Part shown: piece by piece, positions 23,345 to 31,792 of the stretch | How the letters are laid out: each line of letters begins with the position of its first letter | Numbering within the stretch: position 1 is the first letter of the stretch | From: Thermosulfurimonas dismutans | GTDB lineage: Bacteria; Desulfobacterota; Thermodesulfobacteria; Thermodesulfobacteriales; Thermodesulfobacteriaceae | NCBI RefSeq assembly: GCF_001652585.1 | Contig: NZ_LWLG01000002.1 | Location: 1 to 32,000 of the forward strand | Direction of reading: 5' to 3' | DNA length: 32,000 nucleotides | Notes under the pieces: model-generated | What the model saw: only the letters and a program-made list of their open reading frames with translations | What the model was told of the DNA's origin: nothing | Database searches by the model: none | Position numbers and translations under genes: made by a program

Positions 23345-24610
23345 GTGTATCAGCCGAGACTGGAGACCATGCCCCAGGAAGAAATTCGCAAACTCCAGCT
23401 CGAACGCCTTAAAAGAACCCTGGCCCATATCAGGGATCGTAATCCCGACTACCACAAACGCTTGGGCGGAATCCACCCTGAGGACATTAAAGATCTTTCC
23501 GACCTTGAAAAACTCCCCTTCCTCACCAAGGATGACCTGCGAGAGGCTTATCCTTTCGGGCTGGCCTGCGCCCCAAAGGAGGCCTTTGTTCGCTTTCACA
23601 TGTCCTCCGGTACCACCGGAACCCCGGTGGTAAACCCCTTCACCCGCTCGGATGTGGAACAATGGGCGGAGATTATGGCCCGCTGTCTTTCGGCCGCGGG
23701 TGTCACCCATGCGGACGTCCTGCAAATCACACCGGGTTTCGGTCTTTTCAACGGGGGCTTCGGTTTCCATTATGGGGCCGAACGCATCGGCTGTTTCGTG
23801 GTGCCTATTGGCCCGGGACGCACCCTCATGCAACTCAAGTTTATGAAGGACTTCGGCACCACGGCCCTTGGAGCCATATCTTCTTATCCTCTGAGGCTCA
23901 TTGAGGTCGCCAAGGAGGAAGGCTTCGACTTTCGGGAAACCCGCCTGCGGGTGGGTATTTTTGGAGCCGAGGTCTGGAGCGACGAGACGCGCAAGTACAT
24001 CGAAGAAGCTATGGGTATAGAGACCTTCGACATCATTGGCATGACGGAGACTGGTGGAGTGGGTCTGGGCATAGACTGTAAGGCTCACGAAGGTCTCCAT
24101 GTCTGGGAGGATCATTATCTGGTGGAGATCGTAGACCCTGAGACCGGCAAGGCCCTACCTGATGGAGAAGAGGGCGAGATGGTGGTCACCACCCTCACCC
24201 GGGAGGGACTACCTCTCATCCGTTATCGCACGCGGGACATAACTAGGATAATATCCCGGGAGCGATGTTCCTGCGGCCGCACTATGCTACGTGTAGCCCG
24301 CATAAAAGGCCGTACGGACGACATGCTCAAGGTCAAGGGAGTCAACTTCTATCCCCGTCAGGTAGAAGAAATCCTCATGCGGCACCCGGAGACCACCCCG
24401 GAATACCTCATTCGTTTCGGCAAGCGCGCCGGGAAGGACTTTATAGAGATTCTGGTAGAAAGCAAGGTCCAGGACGAAACCCTGCGAGAGCGCTTGGCGG
24501 AGGAGATCTACAATTACCTCGGATTCCACGCCAAGGTAATCCTACTCAAAGAGGGTGAACTCCCCCGCCGGGAGGGCAAGGCTAAGCGGGTGGAAAAGGT
24601 AAAGGAATAA
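23345..24610 (+). CDS. Phenylacetate-CoA ligase (PaaK)-family aryl-acid adenylating enzyme (421 aa, GTG start)
   Basis: N-terminal ...QLERLKRTL..., FTKDDLRE, HMSSGTTGTPV (P-loop-like AMP motif), GMTETGG, RYRTRDI, KVKGVNFYP. Confidence 0.8.
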   Translation: MYQPRLETMPQEEIRKLQLERLKRTLAHIRDRNPDYHKRLGGIHPEDIKDLSDLEKLPFLTKDDLREAYPFGLACAPKEAFVRFHMSSGTTGTPVVNPFTRSDVEQWAEIMARCLSAAGVTHADVLQITPGFGLFNGGFGFHYGAERIGCFVVPIGPGRTLMQLKFMKDFGTTALGAISSYPLRLIEVAKEEGFDFRETRLRVGIFGAEVWSDETRKYIEEAMGIETFDIIGMTETGGVGLGIDCKAHEGLHVWEDHYLVEIVDPETGKALPDGEEGEMVVTTLTREGLPLIRYRTRDITRIISRERCSCGRTMLRVARIKGRTDDMLKVKGVNFYPRQVEEILMRHPETTPEYLIRFGKRAGKDFIEILVESKVQDETLRERLAEEIYNYLGFHAKVILLKEGELPRREGKAKRVEKVKE

Positions 24611-24611
24611 T

Positions 24612-25202
24612 TTAGGCCTTCACGGCCTCGTAGCCCAGGTCAAAGGCCTTGAGGTTTAAGTCCTGAAATTTGGGCTTGACCACCCGACGGATGGCGTCAA
24701 GGTAGGCCTCCCGCGGTATAGGAAGGATACCAGTCCCTGCGAGGGCCCCTAGCATGACCACATTGAGGGCCTTTCCGGACCCGGCTTCTCGGGCGAGCTT
24801 CTCCCCGGAAAAGATATGAACTTTACCCAAAACTTCCTTCATCTTCTCAAGTAACGGCTCTACCTCGGGGTAAGTGGCCAGGCCATCCTTTACGATCTGG
24901 GGCACCACGGGATCGGAACTCACAAGAGCCGTGGCCTCCTTTCGGCAGCGTCCGAGGGCCCTTAGGGCCTCCACCGGCTCAAGGGCCACTAGGATATCAG
25001 CCTCTCCCGGGGAAATATAAGGGCTTTTAACCTCTCCAAGAACAATATTGCTCTCCACAACCCCGCCTCGCTGGGCCATACCGTGGACCTCGCTCATAGC
25101 CACATCATAGCCCTGCGAAAGGGCCGCCTCTCCCAGAAGCCTTGAGAAAAGAAGTATACCCTGTCCGCCAACTCCTACCGCAAGAATCCTAAAGCCCGTC
25201 AT
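24612..25202 (-). CDS. iorB: Indolepyruvate:ferredoxin oxidoreductase subunit beta (196 aa)
   Basis: ILAVGVGGQGILLFSRLLGEAA and SEVHGMAQRGGVV, typical of the 2-oxoacid oxidoreductase gamma-type domain. Directly downstream of iorA. Confidence 0.85.
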   Translation of the reverse strand: MTGFRILAVGVGGQGILLFSRLLGEAALSQGYDVAMSEVHGMAQRGGVVESNIVLGEVKSPYISPGEADILVALEPVEALRALGRCRKEATALVSSDPVVPQIVKDGLATYPEVEPLLEKMKEVLGKVHIFSGEKLAREAGSGKALNVVMLGALAGTGILPIPREAYLDAIRRVVKPKFQDLNLKAFDLGYEAVKA

Positions 25203-25215
25203 TTTCAGACCTCCC

Positions 25216-26898
25216 TTATTTACCCTTCACCTTGTAAAGTACACAAGGAGCCTTGGATACGATTACCCCGAGCCTTTCGGAGGCCAGCATCTCCCGCACG
25301 GCCTTTTTGGCCTCTTCCTTTTTGTAAGGGTTGATCTGAATGGTGGGGAGGCCCAGATTTTCGCAGAAGCGGGTGATAGAGATTACCGGACGCTCCTTCA
25401 GGGCCTCGGGTCGTATCTCCTGAGAGGGAACCGGCTGGTGTCCGGTCATGGCCGTGGTCTCGTTATCCAGAACCACCAGGGTAAACCGGTGCCCTTGATA
25501 ATAGGCATTTATGAGGGGCGGGATACCGGCGTGAAAGAACGTGGAATCCCCGATAAAAGAGACGATTCGCTGGTCGGTGGCCACCGAAAAGCCACAAGAT
25601 GATCCCACGCTTGAGCCCATACAGAGGAGGTAGTCGGCCATCTTGAGCGGTGGTAGAAGCCCCAAGGTGTAACACCCTATATCCGTGGGATAGACCGTGT
25701 TTTCCTCCTCGCCAAGCTCCTGAAGGGCCTCCTTAACCACCTTATAGGTTTCCCGGTGGGGACAACCAGGACAGAGCGTAGGCGGTCTCGGCGGAAGTTC
25801 CGGGATCCATGAGGTATCAGGAGCCTCCGGGGCCTTATATTCTCTACCGAAAGCCTTGGCCAGGGCGGCTTTCACCATCTCCGGATGAAATTCGTGATAT
25901 CTGGGAAAATAGCCTTCGGCCTTACCCAGAACCTTTACTCTTAATTCCTCCTCGGCCACCAGAACCTTCAAGGCCTCCTCGAGATAAGGTTCAAGTTCCT
26001 CCACCACTAGGCACCTTTCAAGCCCTGAGAGAAACTCCTTGGCTAGGGTCCTCGGGAAAGGATGGGTAAAGCCGAGGAGAAGAAGAGAGACCTCCTCTTC
26101 GAGCCCGAGTTCTTTTACGGCATCCAGCACATAGACCACCGAAACCCCAGACGCTACCACACCGAAAGGCCCTTTTTTGACCACGCGATTGAAGGGAGCC
26201 TTTGAGGCCAGGCCCTCGGCCTCCGCCATGCGTTCCAAAAGAACCTTGTGCCGCTCACGGGCCACTGCCGGAACAGGAATCCAGCGTTTGAGATCCTTCT
26301 CAAACCGCCCTTTCTCAAAGCGGCTATAGTCAGGGAGCTCTCCGCAGGCAACCACCCCACGGGCATGCGAGACCCGGGTAGTAGTGCGCAGGATTACTGG
26401 GATCTCAAGCTTTTCCGAAAGCTCAAAGGCTTCCCGGGTCATCTCCAGGGCCTCTTGGGGAGTAGCCGGCTCAAGCATGGGAAGCCCGGAAAGACGGGCA
26501 TAGTACCGGTTGTCCTGTTCGTTCTGGCTGGAGTGACAGGATGGGTCATCCGCGGTTACGACGACCATACCACCGCGCACACCCACGTAGGCCAGGGTCA
26601 TGAGGGTGTCTGCGGCCACATTAAGGCCTACGTGTTTCATACAGGTAAGGGATCTAAGGCCACAGGCCGCAGCAGAGGCGGCTACCTCCATAGCCACCTT
26701 CTCATTAGTTGAAAACTCAAAATAAAGCCCTGAAAGTTCTTGAGAAATAGAAAAAAGATGGTTGCCTATTTCTGAGGAAGGGGTCCCAGGATAGGCCGCT
26801 CCCACTCTCAACCCGGCCTCAAGGGCCCCGCGCACAATAGCCTCGTTACCCATGAGAAGCCTTTTGTCTCCCGGTTTGATTGCCAGTAAAGGATGCAT
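25216..26898 (-). CDS. iorA: Indolepyruvate:ferredoxin oxidoreductase subunit alpha (560 aa), without a ferredoxin-type domain
   Basis: LMGNEAIVRGALEAG...AYPGTPSSEI, CPGCPH, and the TPP motif GDSTFFHAGIPPLINA...VLDN. No CxxCxxCxxxCP motif anywhere in the ORF. Confidence 0.85.
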   Translation of the reverse strand: MHPLLAIKPGDKRLLMGNEAIVRGALEAGLRVGAAYPGTPSSEIGNHLFSISQELSGLYFEFSTNEKVAMEVAASAAACGLRSLTCMKHVGLNVAADTLMTLAYVGVRGGMVVVTADDPSCHSSQNEQDNRYYARLSGLPMLEPATPQEALEMTREAFELSEKLEIPVILRTTTRVSHARGVVACGELPDYSRFEKGRFEKDLKRWIPVPAVARERHKVLLERMAEAEGLASKAPFNRVVKKGPFGVVASGVSVVYVLDAVKELGLEEEVSLLLLGFTHPFPRTLAKEFLSGLERCLVVEELEPYLEEALKVLVAEEELRVKVLGKAEGYFPRYHEFHPEMVKAALAKAFGREYKAPEAPDTSWIPELPPRPPTLCPGCPHRETYKVVKEALQELGEEENTVYPTDIGCYTLGLLPPLKMADYLLCMGSSVGSSCGFSVATDQRIVSFIGDSTFFHAGIPPLINAYYQGHRFTLVVLDNETTAMTGHQPVPSQEIRPEALKERPVISITRFCENLGLPTIQINPYKKEEAKKAVREMLASERLGVIVSKAPCVLYKVKGK

Positions 26899-26998
26899 AA
26901 ATCAGGCCTCCTCTGGATTTGGGCCTTTTTTAATCTAAACTTTTTCTTTTGACAACCGCCCTTAGTGAACCTCTAAGCCGTGAATTCCCTAATATCGT

Positions 26999-27027
26999 TT
27001 GACAAAAAGGTAAGCTCTTGGCATTAT
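26999..27027 (+). promoter_or_regulatory. Candidate promoter of the livJ-like operon
   Basis: TTGACA (26999-27004), 17-nt spacer, CATTAT (27022-27027). GAGGAGG SD at about 27047-27053 precedes the ATG at 27059. Confidence 0.4.
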
Positions 27028-27058
27028 CCATTTCAAACTTAAATATGAGGAGGTCGCC

Positions 27059-28204
27059 ATGCGCAAAATAGCTCTGCTTTTTCTCTTGGGGATCTTTTTA
27101 TTTTTATTCAGTTTTCAGGCTTTGGCCAAAGAACCTTATCGCATAGGAGCCCTCTTCTCGGTAACTGGTCCTACTTCCTTCATTGGTGATCCAGAAAAGA
27201 AGACCTTGGAAATGCTGGTAGACGAGATCAACAAGGCCGGGGGCATCAACGGTCATCCCCTGAAGCTTTACCTCTATGATACTCAGGGGGACGAAACTCT
27301 TACGGTCAAAAAGTTTGTAAGGCTTGTGGTCCAAGACAAGGTACTGGCAGTAATTGGTCCGAGCCGTACCGGAACAAGCCTGGCGGTAGCTCCTTTGGCC
27401 GAGCGCTATCGGGTGCCGCTTATTTCCTGTGCGGCCGGAATCAAAATAGTCGAGCCTGTAAAACCTTACGTCTTCAAGACCGCCCAGAGTGATCGGCTGG
27501 CGGTCAAAAAAATCTACGCCTATTGTGTGCGACAGGGTATCAAAAAGGTAGCCATCCTCACGGTCTCGAATGGTTTCGGCCAGAGTGGTCGCCAAGAACT
27601 CAAACGCCTAGCTCCTCAATATGGTATCGAGATTGTAGCCGATGAGCTCTTCGGTCCCAAAGACGTGGACATGAAACCGCAATTGATCAAAATCCGTAAA
27701 ACTGAGGCCCAGGCCATCATCTGCTGGGGTACCAATCCCGGCCCGGCCATCGTGGCCAAGAACATGCGTGAGCTCGGTATGAAACAGAAACTTTTCATGA
27801 GCCACGGTGTGGCCTCCAAACGTTTCATTGAGCTAGCCGGAGAGGCCGCCGAGGGCATCATCCTTCCAGCCGGGAAACTCATCGTGGCCAATGAACTCCC
27901 GGACTCTGATCCCCAAAAGGCCCTGCTTTTGAGCTACATCGAGAGGTATAAGGCCCGTTATGGAAAGGCTCCCTCTTCTTTCGGTGGGCACGCTTATGAC
28001 GCCTTCCTCCTCCTTAAGGAGGCCCTGATCAAGGCCGGAGCCGACAAGGCCAAAATCCGGGAAGCGCTAGAAAATATAAAAGGGTTAAAGGGCATTCACG
28101 GCGTATTCAACATGACTCCTCAGGATCACAACGGTCTTAGCGAAAAGGAAGCTTTTGTCCTGGTAGAAATCCGGGGAGGAGACTTCCACCTTCTTAAAGA
28201 ATAG
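27059..28204 (+). CDS. Periplasmic substrate-binding protein of a branched-chain/hydrophobic amino-acid ABC transporter (LivJ/K family, 381 aa)
   Basis: Signal peptide MRKIALLFLLGIFLFLFSFQALA-K. Type I PBP blocks IGALFSVTGPTSFIGD and AVIGPSRTG. Confidence 0.85.
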   Translation: MRKIALLFLLGIFLFLFSFQALAKEPYRIGALFSVTGPTSFIGDPEKKTLEMLVDEINKAGGINGHPLKLYLYDTQGDETLTVKKFVRLVVQDKVLAVIGPSRTGTSLAVAPLAERYRVPLISCAAGIKIVEPVKPYVFKTAQSDRLAVKKIYAYCVRQGIKKVAILTVSNGFGQSGRQELKRLAPQYGIEIVADELFGPKDVDMKPQLIKIRKTEAQAIICWGTNPGPAIVAKNMRELGMKQKLFMSHGVASKRFIELAGEAAEGIILPAGKLIVANELPDSDPQKALLLSYIERYKARYGKAPSSFGGHAYDAFLLLKEALIKAGADKAKIREALENIKGLKGIHGVFNMTPQDHNGLSEKEAFVLVEIRGGDFHLLKE

Positions 28205-28216
28205 TAAAAAACTCCT

Positions 28217-29092
28217 ATGGAAAACTTTTTGGAATTTCTTTTCGCCGGTTTGGTAAACGGGGCTATCTATGCCTTGATCGCCCTGGGCTTCATGATCATT
28301 TACAACGCTACCGGCGTAATAAACTTTGCCCAGGGCGAATTTGTCATGTTGGGAGCCATGCTAACGGCCTCCCTTACCGGAAAATTCCATTTTCCTCTAT
28401 TGCTAATGCTTCCGATAGTGCTCGTATTCGTGGCCCTCATAGGGGCCCTTACCGAAAGGCTCACTATTTATCCCGCAAGGGAGGCCAGCCCCCTCATCCT
28501 CATTATCATCACTATCGGGGTGTCCATCCTCCTCAAAGGCCTGGCCATGTTCGTTTGGGGGAAGGACCCTCTGCCGGTCAAGGCCTTCATACCCGGTGGT
28601 CCTTATCACTTTCTAGGAGCTACTCTTCCGCCCCAGGGAGTCCTCATCCTCTTGGTAACGGTACTGGCCTTTCTGACAACAGAGGCCTTTTTCCGATTTA
28701 CGCTCTGGGGAAAGGCCATGCGGGCCTGTGCTTACAACCGTTTAGGGGCCCGGGTAATCGGGATAAACATTTCCAATCTCACCTGTATCTCTTTTGCTCT
28801 TAGTGCTGCCCTCTCCGGGCTGGCAGGTATCATCATTTCTCCCTTGACCTTTGCTACTTATGACATGGGAACCATGTTGGGACTCAAAGGATTCAGTGCC
28901 GCCGTTTTCGGAGGTTTGGGCTCCGCGGCCGGAGCCTTCTGTGGTGGTCTAATCCTTGGAGTTCTCGAAACCTTGAGTGCAGGCTATCTTTCTTCGGCTT
29001 ACAAGGACGCTGTGGCTTTTCTTTTGCTTCTTATGGTGCTTTTTGTGCGCCCCGAGGGTCTGTTAAGTCTCAAAACCGCTGAAAAACTGTAA
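28217..29092 (+). CDS. livH: Branched-chain amino-acid ABC transporter permease, LivH type (291 aa)
   Basis: FLFAGLVNGAIYALIALGFMIIYNATGVINFAQGEF is the canonical LivH N-terminus. Confidence 0.88.
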   Translation: MENFLEFLFAGLVNGAIYALIALGFMIIYNATGVINFAQGEFVMLGAMLTASLTGKFHFPLLLMLPIVLVFVALIGALTERLTIYPAREASPLILIIITIGVSILLKGLAMFVWGKDPLPVKAFIPGGPYHFLGATLPPQGVLILLVTVLAFLTTEAFFRFTLWGKAMRACAYNRLGARVIGINISNLTCISFALSAALSGLAGIIISPLTFATYDMGTMLGLKGFSAAVFGGLGSAAGAFCGGLILGVLETLSAGYLSSAYKDAVAFLLLLMVLFVRPEGLLSLKTAEKL

Positions 29093-29096
29093 AGCG

Positions 29097-30035
29097 ATGA
29101 GATGGGAATACCTCAAAATCTTGGTTCTGGCACTTGTGGTATGGGGCGTATCTTTTTGGGTTCGGAATGACTATATCTTTAACGTCCTCACCATGACTGG
29201 CCTCCAGGCCCTAGTAGTACTAGGACTCTCCCTTCTCATGGGATACGCCGGTCAGGTTTCTCTGGGACACGCCGCTTTTTACGGCTTGGGAGCCTATACT
29301 ACCGGTATCCTTTCGGCCAAATACGGACTCTCTCCCATTTGGGGAATCCTTCTGGCTCAAGGACTGACCTTGACCGTGGCCTTCCTCATAGGCCTTCCAT
29401 CTCTCAAACTTCGGGGACATTATTTGGCCGTGGCCACTTTGGGGTTTGGTGTGATTGTAGAGGTCATTTTTAAGGAGTCTGTAAACCTTACCGGAGGCCC
29501 TTCAGGTCTAGTGGGCATAGCTCCTTTGAGTCTTGGTACTTATACTCTCACTTCTTTCAAGGGCTATTATCTCCTTGTATGGTCCGTGCTTCTCTTTTTT
29601 CTTTTATTAGCCCTCCATCTGGTTCACTCCCCCATAGGAAGAATCCTTTTAGCCCTTCACGATAGCGAACCCGCCCTGAGATCTCTAGGCTACAACATTC
29701 ACCGCCTCAAACTTGGAATCTTTCTCTTTTCGGCCAGCCTTGCGGCCCTGGCCGGATCCCTTTACGCCCATTTCGTAACCTTTATCAGTCCTTATAGCTT
29801 TACCTTTCTCCATTCAGTAGCTTTTGTGACCATGGTGGTTATAGGAGGTATCGCCAGTCTCTGGGGGGCTCTCGGCGGAGCGGTCTTTCTCTCTATCCTC
29901 CCGGAGGTCCTATCCCATTTCGAGGATTACGAGGTTGTTATTTTTGGAATGATCCTTATATTGGTGATGATATTCACTCCGGAAGGACTCATCTCCGGAC
30001 TGGAGAGAAGACTATGGCGCTTCGCAAAATCGTAG
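29097..30035 (+). CDS. livM: Branched-chain amino-acid ABC transporter permease, LivM type (312 aa)
   Basis: GYAGQVSLGHAAFYGLGAYT is the canonical LivM block. Confidence 0.88.
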   Translation: MRWEYLKILVLALVVWGVSFWVRNDYIFNVLTMTGLQALVVLGLSLLMGYAGQVSLGHAAFYGLGAYTTGILSAKYGLSPIWGILLAQGLTLTVAFLIGLPSLKLRGHYLAVATLGFGVIVEVIFKESVNLTGGPSGLVGIAPLSLGTYTLTSFKGYYLLVWSVLLFFLLLALHLVHSPIGRILLALHDSEPALRSLGYNIHRLKLGIFLFSASLAALAGSLYAHFVTFISPYSFTFLHSVAFVTMVVIGGIASLWGALGGAVFLSILPEVLSHFEDYEVVIFGMILILVMIFTPEGLISGLERRLWRFAKS

Positions 30036-30532
30036 TCCTGGGACATCCGATTTTAAGGGAAAAAGCCGAAGAGATTACCGAAATAGACGGTGATCTCCAG
30101 CAACTTATAGACGACATGGCCGAGACCATGTACGCCGCCAAGGGTTTGGGACTAGCTGCCAATCAGGTAGCTGTCTCTAAAAGGCTTTTCGTGCTGGATC
30201 TTTCTCAAAGAGAAGGAGAAAAACTCCCCCATGGACTATTGGTCTTTATCAACCCTGAAATTATGGAGGCAGAGGGTGAAATATACGAAGAAGAAGGTTG
30301 TTTAAGTATTCCGGGATATTCTGCCAAGGTCAAAAGAAAGGCCCGAGTCCTGGTTAAGGCCCTTGATCGTGAGGGCAAACCCTTTGAAATGGAACTCGAA
30401 GGCTTAGGAGCTAGGGCCGTGCAACACGAACTAGACCACTTAAATGGTATCCTTTATATAGACTATCTTTCTCCATTAAGACAAAAGCTTTTTAAACGCT
30501 GGTGGAAAAAGCACCGCTCCTCAAAAAAATAA
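30014..30532 (+). CDS. def: Peptide deformylase (172 aa)
   Basis: GLAANQV, EGCLSIPG, HELDHLNG. The start overlaps the livM 3' end by 22 nt. Confidence 0.93.
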   Translation: MALRKIVVLGHPILREKAEEITEIDGDLQQLIDDMAETMYAAKGLGLAANQVAVSKRLFVLDLSQREGEKLPHGLLVFINPEIMEAEGEIYEEEGCLSIPGYSAKVKRKARVLVKALDREGKPFEMELEGLGARAVQHELDHLNGILYIDYLSPLRQKLFKRWWKKHRSSKK

Positions 30533-30628
30533 TCGTCCCTACCCTCAAACGATACCTAAGACATTATTACCAAAATTTGTCCGATTTTCAAATTCTATTA
30601 TGATTGTTTTTATAGATTTATAAAAAAT

Positions 30629-31792
30629 TTAATAAAAAACTTGCCACTTTCTAGGATAAGATGTCACTCTTTCTAAAGAATCCTCTTTCAAAAAAAAGGT
30701 ATCTTCGAGACCAATTACCCCTATCCCCGGAACATGGAGTTTGGGCTCAAGGGCCAGCGCCATGCCGGGAAGAAGTTCGGTTTTCATTCCCGGGGCCAGG
30801 GCCGGCTCTTCATCTATACATAGGCCTACCCCATGCCCTACGAAATTCACGCCTTCCTCTCCGTTAGCCATAAAATATTTTTCCACTCCTAGGCGTTCGG
30901 CCTCCTTCAACACCGAGAAAAAGACTTCCTCCGCAGGTATCCCTGGTTTTAAGGCCCTTTCCGCAGAATCCATAAGTATTTCGGCCATCTCGAAGAGGTC
31001 ACGGATTTCTGGAGACACCCCCCCTAGAGAACTCATACGGCTCTGATCCACGTAATAACCGGCATAAAAACCCGAAAAGTCGCATAAAATAGGTTCACCG
31101 GAGTGAAGTTTTTTGAGACTGGCTCCACTCGAAAAACCAGGCACTCCCAAACCTCCCTCTCCGGCAATCATGTATCCAGGAGTTACTCCCTCTGGGCCGG
31201 AGATCAGAAGCCCGGTTGGGAATTCATTTCCTCGGAAAGACCGTACGAAACCGGGATGCCCCCGCTTCCGAAGTTCGTATTCTATAAGTCCCATGGCCTC
31301 AAGTTCGGTCATACCGGGTTTTATCTTAGGAAGACCTTCGAAAAGCGCCTCCGCAAGACGTCTTCCGGCCTCCCTCAGACACTCGGCCTCGTAAGGGGAC
31401 TTAATTGTACGGATATGAGAAATAGCTCCGGAAATATCTTGCAGATCGAATTCGGAAAGAATTTTTCGATAGAGCAAAAATCTATCATGGGTAAGGCCGG
31501 CATATTCAAGCCCAAGAACTTTTATACCCGCGTTTTTTAGAATTCCGGGAAGCTTCTTTAAAGAACGTAAAGGTTCAGCCGGAAGTGGACTTTCAGAAAG
31601 CACTCGGGAAAAGGGCCTAAAGACTAAAAACCTTACTTCCCTTTCGGTAACCAGAAGATGCCCCAGGGCAAAGGCCCCGGTAAAATAATAAAGATTCAGA
31701 GGAGAGGTGATAAGGGCTCCATCAAGGGCTTTCTCTCGCAAAGCCTCTTTTAAAGAAGACAACCTCCTTTCAATTTCGGTCTTCGGAATCAT
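30629..31792 (-). CDS. M24-family Xaa-Pro aminopeptidase / creatinase-like peptidase
   Basis: HGVGLCIDEEP, ALEPK, GLEDT. I prefer the start at MIPKTEIERRLSSLKEAL (31792) over the track start at 31828, which is buried further inside the upstream gene. Confidence 0.8.
   Translation of the reverse strand: MIPKTEIERRLSSLKEALREKALDGALITSPLNLYYFTGAFALGHLLVTEREVRFLVFRPFSRVLSESPLPAEPLRSLKKLPGILKNAGIKVLGLEYAGLTHDRFLLYRKILSEFDLQDISGAISHIRTIKSPYEAECLREAGRRLAEALFEGLPKIKPGMTELEAMGLIEYELRKRGHPGFVRSFRGNEFPTGLLISGPEGVTPGYMIAGEGGLGVPGFSSGASLKKLHSGEPILCDFSGFYAGYYVDQSRMSSLGGVSPEIRDLFEMAEILMDSAERALKPGIPAEEVFFSVLKEAERLGVEKYFMANGEEGVNFVGHGVGLCIDEEPALAPGMKTELLPGMALALEPKLHVPGIGVIGLEDTFFLKEDSLERVTSYPRKWQVFY

Noticed and set aside
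23339-24115. 258-aa minus-strand ORF antisense to the aryl-acid CoA ligase gene
   Set aside because: The + strand gene carries the complete set of adenylate-forming enzyme motifs. The antisense product has none.
30533-30628. AT-rich 96-nt convergent intergenic region between def and the M24 peptidase gene, as a possible bidirectional terminator
   Set aside because: I could not fold a convincing GC-rich stem followed by a T tract on either strand.
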